The notes: a model not told the origin generated them from the letters alone. 64,000 nucleotides of DNA from Eledone cirrhosa (GCA_964016885.1 OZ024748.1:46748001-46812000), one strand, 5' to 3'; shown: positions 45,360 to 60,582, counted from the first letter of the stretch. Numbers and translations are program-made.

Positions 45360-48300
45360 GTAGTGTTTGTAGATGTCCTCCTTCTCCTGTATTTTTCTGA
45401 CAACGTTTACATCAAGTGGGCAGCTGATCTCCACAACAGAACACGTTTCAATGTGTGGTCCCAAACTACAATATCAGGCCGGTTGAGCTTTAATTTGGTG
45501 GCAGTTTTTATTTTCAGGTTCCACCAGTATACCTTAGTGCCATCTGTCTCAATATATTCCTCCTCGTTTGTTGTTAATTTTGTTTTCCGAAGTGCGTTCC
45601 AGATGGTTCTAGCTATCCCATCGTGTCTCATGGGGAGGTAGTAGCGAGATGACATTCTTTCGCTGCTGGCAACAATGTGGCTTACATCCTCGATCTTTGT
45701 TTTACATAGCCTACATTTATTGTCAGCTGCTGGCCCTCCTCTTTTGTGCAGCAGATATTTGGTAGGGAGTTCTTGTTCCTGTATTGCATAGAGATATCCC
45801 TCAAGGTGTGATGTCATAAACTTGTCGGAACTCCATGCCAGGCTTTTTGAGTGGTTTATCCCCTCTATGGTCTGTGTTTTACGCCTCAAGTATCCATGCA
45901 CAACTTTTTCTGTAAATTGGTCAATTTGTTATCTTGTTTGAACATTGAATAGGATCTTCCGATTTCTCTGGGTAAGAGATTTATATCAGGCTTTATTCCA
46001 TATCTCTCCTCCAGATCAGTCGCTATTCTAATGATATTTTTTTTTCATGCTCATAAACCTGGGCAAGATGGTTGCCAACCTTTTTCCTCTGTTGAAGGTG
46101 ATGCTTCAGTGTTACTATCCGGGTCTCATATGTTGTTAATATTGATTTTAGACCCGGCCACCTTCTTTGCGTGAGAAGTATAGCCTATCCACATCACCAT
46201 TGATGTTAAAGTTCCCAGTAACACTGAGAAGTTTTCGAGTTCTAACATCCATCTCACTTAGTTCTTGCAATGACCAGTTCAGCAGGCTAAATGTTGGCGT
46301 TAGAATTGGCACAGCATAAGTATTGTGGGCAATGTATTTGTTGAATGCTGACAGTTCTGATGACCATATTTTCTTTACTCTTCTGAGGTATTCAGTTCTG
46401 GTTCTCTCCTTATTTATGGGTCCATCATATCTGACATTCTCATCCTGTCCAAGATATCTGTAGTTGTCATCTGACTGCAGAGGTTGTATTGTCAGGCCGT
46501 TCATCTCTAGATTTCTAGAGGAGGGCACAGCTCTTCCACATTTTACTGCCAAATATGCACACTTGGACTCACCAAATTTCATTTTGATGTCGGTTGAAAA
46601 TTGTGTAATGAGGTCCAATTGTTTCTTGATGTCATTGATATTTGGCCCATACAAATTCAGGTCATCAACAAAGAAAAGATGGGAGATACTTCTGGGCCCA
46701 CTTCTTTGTCCACCTTGTTTCCTGAGTAGGTAAGATAGTGGATTCAGTGAGAGAACGAAGAGTAGCACTGACAAGCTATCATCCTGAAAGATGCCCTTCT
46801 GGTAATGTATCTTATCAGTCTTAACTTGCTCCTTCTCACCTCTAAGGATCAAATTGGTGTACCAGTTCTTGGTCAGGAGTTCAACAGCAGCTACCAATGG
46901 TTGTGGGACTTTAGCTAAATTTAAAGCCTTAATAATCCACCCTTGAGGTACACTATCAAATGCATTTTGATGGTCCAGCCACACCACAGTCATGTTTCTG
47001 CGATTCTTTGTTGTTCTTTCCTGAATCATTTTGTTAGTTAGTAGGTGATCTATGCAACCCCACACCTCCCTCTTTCCACCAGCTTGCTCAGGTGTTATGA
47101 TGTTGTTGGTAGCACAGTGATCCTGTAAGAACAGGTTAAGGCACCCAGTATATAATTTATACATGATGTTTTGGCAGGCTATTGGGCGGTAATTTTTAGC
47201 AAGGGTGGTTTGGTTATTTTGGGGAATGAGGAGAGTAGTGGCAGTTGATAACCATCTGGGCAGTTCTTGTGTGCCTTTAATGGTTTCTGTAAACAGCCGT
47301 ATGAGATCTTGCCGATAGAAAGTTAAATTCTTCAACCAGTATCCTGTAATGAGGTCTGGGCCTGGCGATTTCCTATTCGACATTTTCTGTAGAGCTGTTT
47401 CCAGTATTGACCCATCTATGTCATTGTTTTATTTGGACATGTTGGCAGTAGTCCTGTTCCAGTTCTTTTAGCCAATTAGCTTGTCTGTTGAATCCCTCAT
47501 CCATTTCCCATACAGATCTCCAGTAGCTCTTAACCTGTTCTTTTGAAGGGATGTCGTTTACAGGGATTGACCTTTTGCCACCGAAGCTGCGATAAACTGA
47601 TTTAGGATCTTTGGCAAACAATCTATTTAGCACTTGTCGTTTATGTGCTGTTGACTTATATTTTAGTCTTTCTGTTGTAGCTGTGAGTTGTTGTTTCAAC
47701 TGGTGTAATTTGGAGTTCAAAGTTTTAAATTTTGTATCTCCAAATCGTCTCTCTAACTTTTTCTTTAGGTCTTCCTGGTGTCATGTGAAGTTGCTCTCTA
47801 TGTTGCATTTCATAACGACTGCGATGTGTGAGATACTTCGTCTCAGGGAGAAAATTTTGGTTTTTAAATTTCGCATCCACGCTCGTTCAGGCTTTCTGTT
47901 TGTATCTTGATTGCGTGGTTTTAGATGTGTGTTATATGATAGCAATGTGACAGCTGAAACATATAACAAAACATTAAGCGTTTCAAATGTCGTTTCTACA
48001 CCTTTAGATCGTATAGCTTTCAGATAACTGCCAGCTATTTCGTTCACCGCTTCCAATTCCAATTTAGTGGGTTCTTTACTGATTCTGGTGTTGTATGGTC
48101 TGTCACTCACATTAAGGCTGTGTATCTCTTGAAACATATCGTTCCATATCACTTGTAGGGTGTCCACAAGTTTTTGGTGCTCTGTTTGTTCAGTAGAGTC
48201 ATGAATTTCAGCCTCGTTGTTGATATGGTGACAATTACTACTAGAGTTAGCTGACCTTTCTCGCTGTTCTTCAGTGGAAGTGGGATGGATTTCAGCAAAA

Positions 48301-49277
48301 TTGTTGTTGAGCTGTTCACTGTTAGATTTAGCTGGCCATTCTCTTTGTCTGTCAGTGGAGGTGGGGTCGTTGTCTACAAGGGCTGTATTTGTAGTATCAC
48401 TCAATTCCGTTAGATGTATCAATTTACATCTAATGATACGTTTTGCCTGTTCATTTAAATGCTTTGGAGAAAAGTCTAATTCTGGGTGTTTGGAGTTCCA
48501 TAAAGTTTTTAGTCTTTGCATAAAACCGAACTTTTGGGGTTCAGATTGTTTGTATGCTTCATATAATACTTTGTTAAGCTCGTAGCTCCACTGTATACAA
48601 CGGTTGTAGTTGCGATTTGGTCGAAGGAGACTTTTTGCCATGATGAGTTCGTCTATTCACTAATATTTTGTATTTATTTTTCAAAATAGTCGATGATCTT
48701 CTTTAAAAGTTTCGACAAGGTTCTGTCAGAATCAAATTTAAGGTTATTCACAGCTTGGGTAATATTTCTTTTCAGTTAGTTTTTAATTCTACAACTGTGT
48801 TTTAAACGTTGTTCTTGAATCGTTTGAATCGAGAACAAAAAGAACCGTTACTTAGTATATTTCTTTATGAATGTAATATAATATAACAACGCTGTATTTA
48901 TATGTTAAAGTTTATGTATCATTCATATAAATAGGTGTTCTACAACTTATTCACAACATATTCACAGTTCAAACACTTATGTTTTTGTTTCTGAATCGAA
49001 AACGTTACTTGTATATTTCTTTATAAATGTAATATGACAACGTTGCATTTATATGTTAAAGTATATGTATCGTTCATATATCATAAGTGTATGTATCGTT
49101 CATATAAATAGGTGTTTTACAACACACTTACAGTTCAAACACTTATGTAGAATTATTGTATGTAATCTTACCGCGTAATGTAGCTCAACTTTTTCCAATA
49201 TATGGTATGTTGCCTTCATGTAAGCCGTAATTACACACGTCCGATTATCGGACACTGACCATAACGGTCGCCATTAT
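45360..49277 (-). mobile_element. Near full-length but decayed R4/Dong-like RLE non-LTR retrotransposon
   Basis: Frameshifted ORF pieces 48641-47781, 47720-47421, 47383-46148 (RT: SPGPD, YRPIAC, EQAG, AFDSV, FVDD) and 45901-45407 (CRLC..H knuckle, RHD, RPDIVVWD); 5' end abuts (TACA)n. Confidence 0.92.
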
Positions 49278-49566
49278 GTATGTATGTATGTATATATATA
49301 TGTATGTATATATAGATATATATGTATATATAGATATATATATATGTATATATATAGAGATATATATATATATAGAGATATATAGAGATGTATATGTATA
49401 TATATATAGATAAATATATATGTATATATATAGATATATAGATATATGTATATATATATATTTATATATATATGTATATATATATAGATATATATATATG
49501 TATATATATATATTTATATATATATGTATATATATATATTTATATATATATGTATATATATATATT

Positions 49567-49597
<31 letters not shown>

Positions 49598-49603
49598 ATA
49601 TGT

Positions 49604-50116
49604 ATGAAACCGCGGTAAAGGCGTATATAGTAAGTGCACCGAACTTTTTAAAATTTATTTTAAAACTTTTTCTCTTTATTATTATTGATCTCCCCCTAAG
49701 GTAGAAATAACATTTTTGCCGTTTGGATTGTTGCTATTTCTACTGGCAGGACATTGACCTGTCCACCCTGCCTTTTGTCTTTGCACACGGCAACAGTTTG
49801 TGATTTGAACTCGGGAATTTTATATTCTCCGAGGGAGATGAGGCTTCTTAAAATTGCTCCCTTCTCAATGGAAATCTGCTTGGATTTTCCGTTTATTCTG
49901 GAGCATGAAACCGCGGTAGAGGCACATATAGTAATCACAGCGAATTTTTTTTTTACTTATTTTTAAACTTTTTCTCTATTTGCTAGACCTCGATTTTATA
50001 TGTTCTAGCTTGTTAATTAATTAACCCGCCATAGAACCACAATGGCATACGGTTGGATAATACTTGTTTCCCTATATGTATTTTTTACACGTAGGAATTC
50101 ATACTTTATTATTATA

Positions 50117-50125
<9 letters not shown>
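49604..50125 (+). mobile_element. TA-flanked island with a partial tandem (period about 301 nt) and a degenerate HHR at 49843-49923
   Basis: atgaaaccgcggta...ttttaaactttttctct at 49604 and 49905; gcttc-TTAAAA-t tgctcc...ggagca t-GAA-accgcggt-A-gaggc (core one nt short). Confidence 0.65.
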
Positions 50126-50154
<29 letters not shown>

Positions 50155-50463
50155 TGTATATATATATGTATATATACATTATATATATATATATGTGTTT
50201 ATATATATATGTGTATATATATATATATATATGTGTTTATATATATATGTGTATATATATATATATATGTATATATATGTATATATATATGTATATATAT
50301 ATGTTTATATATATATGTGTATATATATATATATGTGTTTATATATATATGTGTATATATATATATATATGTATATATGTATATGTATATATATATGTAT
50401 ATATATATGTATATATATATATATATGTATATATATATACATATATATATATATGTACATATA

Positions 50464-50504
<41 letters not shown>

Positions 50505-50694
50505 ATATATATATATGTATACATATATATATATATATATGTATACATATATATGTATATATATATATATGTATACATATATATATATGTATATATATAT
50601 ATGTATATATATGTATATATATATATGTGTATATATATATACGTGTTATATGTTTGTGTGTGTATATATATATATATATATGTGTATATATATT

Positions 50695-50757
<63 letters not shown>

Positions 50758-51042
50758 TTATATACGTATGTGTATATATATGTGTGTATATATATATATA
50801 TATATGCATACATTTACATATACAAATATGTGAGTGTGTCTGTGTGAATCAGTGTCTGTCGGTATATGTATGTGTGTGTCTGTTGTGTTGAGTGTGTAAT
50901 TGAGTGTATGTATGCGTGAATGGATTTTGTAACTAATCTGTGGCGCCATGATTTGTTCCACCTACACATTAAAACAAAGAAAATTTATTTTTAGTTATAA
51001 TGTCAATGACCAGTAAAGAAACTAGCAGGAAGTCTTATTTAG

Positions 51043-51129
<87 letters not shown>

Positions 51130-51189
51130 ATATATATATATATATATTTATTTATACATGTGTATATACATATAGATGAGATATAGATA

Positions 51190-51279
<90 letters not shown>

Positions 51280-51446
51280 AATTAGTATATCTAGTAACAT
51301 ATATATACACAGATGCATCCTTATGTTAGCAAATATATAGGTTTTTTTCTTAGTAACTATGTGGTTCAATGAATGGGGTTGCAGAACTATAATATGAGAG
51401 ACGTAAAATAAGAAAATTATAAAATTAACTTACTTACTTAAATTTC

Positions 51447-51528
51447 ACTCCCAACTAATTAGTTTCTGAAAGGGATTAAACGTACTATCCGAAGAGAGCA
51501 CGGAGAAGCCTTTCGTCATCAGGGAAGT
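51447..51528 (-). ncRNA. Type I HHR
   Basis: Reverse complement of 52342-52423. Confidence 0.78.
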
Positions 51529-51966
51529 CTATTCTCAGCTAAGTTTCCAGGCAATACGTGGACACAGAGAACTTATACAAAAATAATTAAGTGGATGGAA
51601 AAAGCAAAGCGAGGACTAATTCCAAGCCATTGATAAAATCACTGCCTCCTGCGTCGGTGGCAAATTCAAAAGAATCAATCACGTGACATCGAGGTCAATC
51701 AGTGGATAGTGGTTTGTTAGTAAGACAGCAGCCGTACTGTTACTATAGCAGCAGTTTTGGCCATTTTTGCTCGACAAATAATTTTGGAGATAATTATAAA
51801 GAATTAGTATATCTAGTAACATATATATACACAGATGTTACTTATGTTAGCAAATATATAGGTTTTGTCTTAGTAACTATGTGGGTCAATGCATGGGGTT
51901 GCAGAACTATAATATGAGAGACGTAATATAAGAAAATTATAAAATTAACTTACTTACTTAAATTTC

Positions 51967-52048
51967 ACTCCCAACTAATTAGTTTCTGAAAGGGATTAAA
52001 CGTACTATCCGAAGAGAGCACGGAGAAGCCTTTCGTCATCAGGGAAGT
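51967..52048 (-). ncRNA. Type I HHR
   Basis: Tandem copy 520 nt from the previous one. Confidence 0.78.
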
Positions 52049-52341
52049 CTATTCTCAGCTAAGTTTCCAGGAAATACGTGGACACAGGGAACTTATACAA
52101 AAATAATTCAGTGGATGGAAAAAGCAAAGCGAGGACTAATTCCAAGCCATTGTTAAATCACTGCCTACTGCGTCGGTGGCAAATTCAAAAGAATCAATCA
52201 CGTGACATCGAGGTCAATCAGTAGCCAGTGATTTTATCAATGGCTTGGAATTAGTCCTCGCTTTGCTTTTTCCATCCACTGAATTATTTTTGTATAAGTT
52301 CCCTGTGTCCACGTATTGCCTGGAAACTTAGCTGAGAATAG

Positions 52342-52423
52342 ACTTCCCTGATGACGAAAGGCTTCTCCGTGCTCTCTTCGGATAGTACGTTTAATCCCTT
52401 TCAGAAACTAATTAGTTGGGAGT
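52342..52423 (+). ncRNA. Type I HHR
   Basis: acttccc-CTGATGA-c gaaagg...cctttc a-GAA-actaattagt-T-gggagt; palindromic stem III, GUU site. Confidence 0.78.
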
Positions 52424-52471
52424 GAAATTTAAGTAAGTAAGTTAATTTTATAATTTTCTTATTTTACGTCT

Positions 52472-52524
<53 letters not shown>

Positions 52525-53062
52525 TAAAATAACAGATTAAAGTTTAAGCAAAGAATCGCTGCTTTCACCCTTAATGTGAAATGTACGTATTTGTATGCGT
52601 GTATGTATGTGTATGTACGTATTTGTATGCGCGTATGTATTTATTTAATTTCTATTACCTCTGTATTGTATTTATTTACTTTCATCTTAACTCTGAAGTG
52701 GAGATTCATTCGGTCTCCTAGTTAGAATTTTAGTCTACGACTTCTGCTATACCATTTACGTGGTTTTGTCTTTGCGTGCAATTGTTCTCCACGCTCCACA
52801 TATGACGTATTATCTACGTTTTTTTCGTTCATTGCCAGAGAACGTCTCTATGAACAACCTAAGAGAACATTATTCTACTACCTCTTTTATACCATAAACG
52901 TGGTTCTGTCTTTGCGCGTAATTGTTTTTCACCGCTCCTATTAATGACGTATCTTATTCGTTTATTCCCGTTCTTTAACAGCGAACGTTTCCACGAACCA
53001 AAGTATAGTCTTGCTGTCTTCCTCCGGTTGCAACGTTTTTTGAAATATCCACTTCTGCGTTT

Positions 53063-53137
53063 ACAGATTGATTTGTTAGTTTCAGAAGATCCCGTTAAAG
53101 GTGAAAGCAGCGATTCTTTGCTTAAACTTTAATCTGT
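53063..53137 (+). ncRNA. HHR-like motif, CAGAAGA core, bulged extended stem I
   Basis: acagattga[bulge]agttt-CAGAAGA-tcccgttaaaggt-GAA-agca...tgct-T-aaact ttaatctgt; inverted partial copy at 52521-52574. Confidence 0.62.
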
Positions 53138-53148
53138 TATTTTAATAA

Positions 53149-53241
<93 letters not shown>

Positions 53242-53337
53242 CATATATATATATTATATACGTATATATATATATTATATACATATATATATATATATTT
53301 TCATATATATATATATATATATATTTTCATATATATA

Positions 53338-53806
53338 TAACTTTGAATAACTTTGAAATGTTTTGGCCAGTATTGGCCCAGGCCATGTCTAACTTAATAG
53401 CACCACCTGGCGAAGTCTTTCAATTCAGGATTTGGGCACCATGGCCCATTCGAGAAGAGAATTACTGTTTGCGGAGACATATCCAGGTGTGGGTGGTTTG
53501 TCCGGGATTACTTGGAGGAATTTGTCCAAAGACTTCTTGAATTTTGTGTGGTCAGTTTCTGTTTTGACGTGTCCTGGTGTGATGTTGAAAAGAGCAGGGC
53601 CGATTGAGGTGAAATAATTGTGCCGTATTGTTGTTATGAGTTGCGATTTAGATTTTTGAATGGGACGGATAGCACGGGGCCCAAGCCTTGGGTGTATCTT
53701 GAAGGCGATGCCAACATCATTTGGGCAGTGATGATGGAACATTTTCCACATCATGCAGATAATATAACGCTCACGGCGACGTTGGAGTGAGTAAAGTTTC
53801 AGGTTT
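53338..53806 (-). mobile_element. CR1-like LINE 3' fragment in (TA)n
   Basis: [15 protein letters not shown]...GPALFN...[14 protein letters not shown]...SNSLL is homologous to the 41246-41755 product; short tandem tail (TTCAAAGTTA)n. Confidence 0.85.
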
Positions 53807-54396
53807 ATATTTTCATATATATATATATCATATATATATATATATATATTCATATATATATATATAATATATATATATATCATATATATATATATCATAT
53901 ACATATATATATATTTACATATATATATATTTACATATATATATATCATATACATATATATATATTTACATATATATATATTTACATATATATATATTTA
54001 CATATATATATATCATATACATATATATATCACATACATATATATATCATATACATATATATATCATATACATATATATATATCATATACATATATATAT
54101 ATCACATACATATATATTTATCATATACATATATATATATCATATACATATATATATATCATATACATATATATATATATATACATATATATATACATAT
54201 ATATATATCATATACATATATATATATATACATATATATATACATATATACATATATATATACATATATATATATCATATATATATATATATACATATAT
54301 ATATATCATATACATATATACATATATATATATCATATACATATATATATATATTTACATATATATATATCTTATACATATATATATATTATATAC

Positions 54397-54428
<32 letters not shown>

Positions 54429-54436
54429 TATATACA

Positions 54437-54468
<32 letters not shown>

Positions 54469-54918
54469 CATATATATATATCATATACATATATATATCA
54501 TATACATATATATATATCATATACATATATATATATATACATATATATATATATTATATACATATATATATATATATATTATATACATATATATATATAT
54601 TATATACATATATATATATTATATACATATATATATTATATACATATATATATATTATATACATATATATATATTATATACATATATATATATTATATAC
54701 TACATATATATATTATATACATATATATATTATATACATATATATATTATATACATATATATATATTATATACATATATATATATTATATACATATATAT
54801 ATATATTATATACATATATATATATATTATATACATATATATATATTATATACACATATATATATTATATACACATATATATATTATATACATATATACA
54901 TATATATATATTATATAC

Positions 54919-54983
<65 letters not shown>

Positions 54984-55006
54984 CATATATATATATTATA
55001 TACATA

Positions 55007-55037
<31 letters not shown>

Positions 55038-55099
55038 TATATACATATATATATATACATATATATATATTATATACATATATATATATATATACATAC

Positions 55100-55136
<37 letters not shown>

Positions 55137-55283
55137 CATACATATATATATATATCACATATACATATATATATACATATATATATATATATCTCACATA
55201 TACATATATATATACATATATATATATATCACATATATATATTTTATACATATATATATACATATATATACATATATATATAT
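53807..55283. repeat. Compound TA microsatellite
   Basis: Direct reading. Confidence 0.97.
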
Positions 55284-55437
55284 TGGAGCTCTGAAATAGC
55301 AACATATATATGGATGTATATATAATGTATTTTGCAATACACTTTATGCTAAATTAATAGCATTTTGAAGACCGTATGCTATTGTTTTAGAGTAGTGACA
55401 CATTCACTTACTTGAATCTCAGCAAACAGGGGAGATA

Positions 55438-55482
55438 AGCCGACAAGGCCTTGTTTCGCTTTTGTTGAAGCTTATCAAGGAT
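55438..55482 (-). ncRNA. Type I HHR, U3-A8 core (stem I mismatch)
   Basis: atcc-TTGATAA-gctt caacaa aagc-GAA-acaaggccttgt-C-ggct. Confidence 0.7.
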
Positions 55483-55754
55483 AACTACCCCTCCTGTCTA
55501 CTGAGATTACTGATGTTAAATTCTTATAGAATTCTAGTAAATAATCAGGAACTGATTATACAGAGCGATTGTTGGTCAGGCAGAAATTAAAAATTAGAAG
55601 TGGAGCTCTGAAATAGCAATATATATATGGATGTATATATAATGTATTTTGCAATACACTTTATGCTTAATTAAAAGCATTTTGAAGACCGTATGCTATT
55701 GTTTTAGAGTAGTGACAAATTCACTTAATTTAATCTCAGCAAACAGGGGAGATA

Positions 55755-55799
55755 AGCCGACAAGGCCTTGTTTCGCTTTTGTTGAAGCTTATCAAGGCT
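55755..55799 (-). ncRNA. Type I HHR, U3-A8 core
   Basis: agcc-TTGATAA-gctt caacaa aagc-GAA-acaaggccttgt-C-ggct; 12-nt palindromic stem III, GUC site. Confidence 0.82.
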
Positions 55800-56367
55800 A
55801 ACTACCCCGCCTGTCTACTGAGATTACTGATGTTATATTCTTATAGAATTCTAGTAAATAATCAGGAACTGATTATACAGAGCGATTGTTGGTCAGGCAG
55901 AAATTAAAAATTAGAAGTGGAGCTCTGAAATAGCAATATATATATGGATGTATATATAATATATTTTGCAATACACTTTATGCTTAATTAAAAGCATATA
56001 TATATATATATATATACAAATATATACATATATATATACATATATACAAATATATACATATATATATACATATATATATACATACATATATATATACATA
56101 TATATATACATATATATATACATATATATATATACATATATATATACATATATATATATATACATATATATATACATATATATATATACATATATATATA
56201 CATATATATATATACATATATATTTACATATATATATATACATATTTATTTATATATATACATACATATATATTTATATATATACATATATATTTATATA
56301 TATACATATATATTTATATATATACATATATATTTATATATATACATATATATATATATATATACAA

Positions 56368-56406
<39 letters not shown>

Positions 56407-56565
56407 TGTATATACATATATATACATATATGTATATACATATATATATATATATATACATATATATATACATATATATATACATATATATATACATATA
56501 TATATATACATATATATATACATATATATATACATATACATATATATATACATATATATATATAC

Positions 56566-56600
<35 letters not shown>

Positions 56601-56769
56601 CATTTATATATACATATATATATACATTTATATATACATATACATATATACATTTATATATATATACATATACATATATACATTTATATATATACATATA
56701 CATATATATTTATATATACATATACATATATATATATATATATATATTATATACATATATATATATGTG

Positions 56770-56892
<123 letters not shown>

Positions 56893-57400
56893 TATCTATA
56901 ATACACGTTACGAAAAATGTTCCAATATGATATAGATGCAGATGTTTAAATTATGTATGAATAAGTGATCGATAGATGTAGGTGGTTTGACCAACACTAA
57001 GAGATCGTTTGCGATAAAGAAATAAAAAATAAAAACCAAGCACACACATACACTAAATCAGAAAATAAAAGCGATTTATTGACAAATTGAACGAGCGGAA
57101 ACTGATATATGAAATCTCTTTCGCACAGCTGTCACAACAACACCGCAAAACACTTTTCATTCCAAAGTCTAATAAACTAGACGCCATTTTGACCAAATCT
57201 TAAAATAGCAATAGGAACGGGCGATATCCCTTATCTACGTGTATATATATGCATATATACATATATATATGCATACAGTATATATACATATATACTGTAT
57301 ATACTATATATTACATGTATATATACATATATATATGCATACAGACATATATATATGTATCTGTGTGTGTGTGTATATGTATGTAATAATATATATAATA

Positions 57401-57442
<42 letters not shown>

Positions 57443-57444
57443 TA

Positions 57445-57487
<43 letters not shown>

Positions 57488-57530
57488 GCATATATATATA
57501 TATATATGCATATATATATATATATATATA

Positions 57531-57588
<58 letters not shown>

Positions 57589-57758
57589 TATATATATATA
57601 TATGTCTGTATGCATATATATATGTATATATACATGTAAACACACACACACACTATTTATATATATATACATACACACACAGATATATATATATATATAT
57701 ATGTCTGTATGCATATATATGCACATATATACGTATATATACATGTACATACACACAC

Positions 57759-57857
<99 letters not shown>

Positions 57858-58497
57858 AAGAGAGAGAGGGCGAGACTATGTTTTAAATCATACATCTACA
57901 TATATACACACTAAAACTATATATATACATATATATATGTGTGCGTATGTGTACGTATCATTTTATACATATATGTAAACATATATATGTATATACACAT
58001 ATACACACACGCATAAAACTCATGAGGTACGTTTTCATTTCCCTAATCAAGTTCGAAGCCTATATTGAAATAACCAATCATTTTTTTTTCTGCTCTCATT
58101 GCTTAGAATCTGCAATCTTGTAACATCTTTAATGGGATTCTAGGAGAGATTATTCCATTGGCTGTCACAGAATTATCATAGACAACATGGCAAATACAGC
58201 TTATTTCGAAGACAATATTTTTATTTCTATTTTACGTTTGCACATAAAAATTATTAAAATCTCTCTATTGTCCTAAGTTAACAATTTTCCTCTTTATCAC
58301 GCACGCTTTCCTGCAAATACACACACGTATGCATGCATAGAAGCGCATGCACACACACATTGACTGATATATGCATACAAACATTTACAAGGCAATATAT
58401 GTATGCCTGCAAATAATCTATATATCGTGTATACATGGATAGGTATACACAGTATGTGTATATCTATCTATTTATATATATATATATATGTGTGTGC

Positions 58498-58594
<97 letters not shown>

Positions 58595-58595
58595 C

Positions 58596-58708
<113 letters not shown>

Positions 58709-58954
58709 ATGAATTGGCATTTGTTGAAATGTATCGGTGCTGTTATGCTTCACATCTCGTTGAGTTCAAATCCTGTCAAATCCAATTCAGATTTATTCTA
58801 TTCACACCGATTAATAAAGTACAAGTCTAGCACTCGTGTTGGTTTATCGTCTTTCTTTCTGTCTCCGAAAGAATCCGACTGTGATCCCACTTGATGGGTA
58901 ATGGGCTTCCTGTGGTTCAAAATGGCACTCCAAGTGAGTGGGTGTGGTCAACGA

Positions 58955-59112
58955 TCAGAAGATCCCCTTAAGGGTGAAAGCAACGATTCTTTGCTTAAAC
59001 TTTAATCTGTTATTTTAATAAATATTCGCTCTACAGTTCTTATATATTTGATATATATTTATCCTTATAGAGCCCTCGTTGGATTTTAGTCTTCTAATTT
59101 ATTATTATTACT
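58955..59112 (+). mobile_element. CAGAAGA-family copy, 5'-truncated at the HHR core and ending in TA
   Basis: tcagaagatccccttaagggtgaaagcaacgattctttgcttaaactttaatctgtt...; matches 33921-34075. Confidence 0.85.
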
Positions 59113-60582
59113 ATATATATGCATCACTTTGCTTCGATACATATGTCTCTCTGTATATATATATATGTGTATATACTTCCTCGCTTTTTGTGGCACCCTT
59201 TCCAAGAACAGCATAACAGCCGTCTCGGGAGGTGCGAGCGTGTGTAGCAAGAAAATGTAACGACAGCAGTTGAAGCCTCCTTTTCCTAAATCTATGTGTT
59301 CCCTCTCTTAACTCTGTAGACTCTATGGTCCAGTGCCGCATCAAACAAATTCAGCACACATTTTCTTTGATCAATAGATTATCTTTGACCAGCATTCCTG
59401 TTTTCTTAAGCCCAGTTCTTGTCTATTGGTTTTATGCCCTTGCCTTTTCTATTTATTATTTCCGAAAAAATGAAAAGCAATATCTATTTCAGTAAGATAT
59501 TAACTTAAAACTAAAAGAGTGGAACAAAATACAGCAATATATTTTTTCGTCGTTCTAACGATTCTCCCAATTCCTTGACATTTGTTTGGAAATTGGTCAT
59601 GTTAGTAGTAAACATTTACCATCAATCTTTACTTAATTTTATCTCTCAACTGTTTTAACGTCAAACTTCAAGCTAGTTGAATTTATTTTTTCTTTGATCG
59701 CAAAAATCAATATGAGTTATCGCAGTGAGATTCGATTTAATCAATTACTCGTCTACCATACAAAAATTTCGACATCGTGGTGGTTTATCAAATAGATTAA
59801 TCCATATTCAAAGTTTTATAAACAAGCGCAAATAATTGTTCATATAATTGAAAATAAAAGTGAAATATTTGTATGCATTAGACGTCTAAAGTTTCAACAA
59901 TACATGCGACCATCCTCAGAGGACTTTACAAAATATTTCTAAACATTAGATGGAATTAAATTGCATATTCAATGTGAGATGTATCAGCAGTAAAAAAAAA
60001 ACTATTACAGCAGTGACGACATGCGAGAGGGAGAAAAGAAAAAAAGAAAAAAAGAAAAAAAGAAAAAAAGAAAAAAAGAAAAAAAGAAAAAAAGAAAAAA
60101 AGAAAAAAAGAAAAAAAAGAAAAGAAGAACAAAAAGAAAGAAAAAACAAACAGGAAAAGAATAAAAAGGAAAAAGCTATTTTAAGAAAATACACAAATAC
60201 ATATGCATGCCTACAGGCAGACACACAAGTGTTTTCCTGTGATTATTTTAAGCTGTAATTATGTCTCAGCTATGTTACTAACCCTGTGAAAACGTCACAC
60301 ACGTATTTCCGGATATTTATCCGTCATCAGTGATGTTTTCGCACTCGGCGATGTGACAAATATAAGCTGTAGCTTCTATAAAATTATGTTTATTTGCATA
60401 TCGTGAAAATGGAAAATTTGCTGGCTATTTCCATGTGCATATTAGTGAGATCTTGACTGGTTAGTAATAATTAGAAGTTGCACTAACACAGCGTGAATCA
60501 CAATAGAGGAGTATCTGCAAAAATATAGAGGATATGTTTGGATACAAATGTCTCGGTATAAATATCTCAAAATTGCACCCAA

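Larger units (their letters stand above)
51276..52474 (-). mobile_element. Penelope pLTR/retrozyme-like array: two tandem copies of a unit of about 520 bp plus an inverted partial copy, each with an HHR
   Basis: Units start at 51276 and 51798; 52226-52474 is the reverse complement of part of the unit; (TA)n on both flanks. Confidence 0.92.
55284..55996 (-). mobile_element. Retrozyme-like tandem array: about 2.25 copies of a 317-bp HHR-containing unit in (TA)n
   Basis: tggagctctgaaatagcaa at 55284, 55601 and 55918; no ORF; one HHR in each full unit. Confidence 0.92.

Noticed and set aside
49160-49277. HDV-like ribozyme at the 5' end of the R4/Dong-like element
   Set aside because: Only two simple hairpins are visible; I could not build the nested double pseudoknot
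59946-60258. Lys-rich 102-aa ORF
   Set aside because: An (A6-7G)n simple repeat
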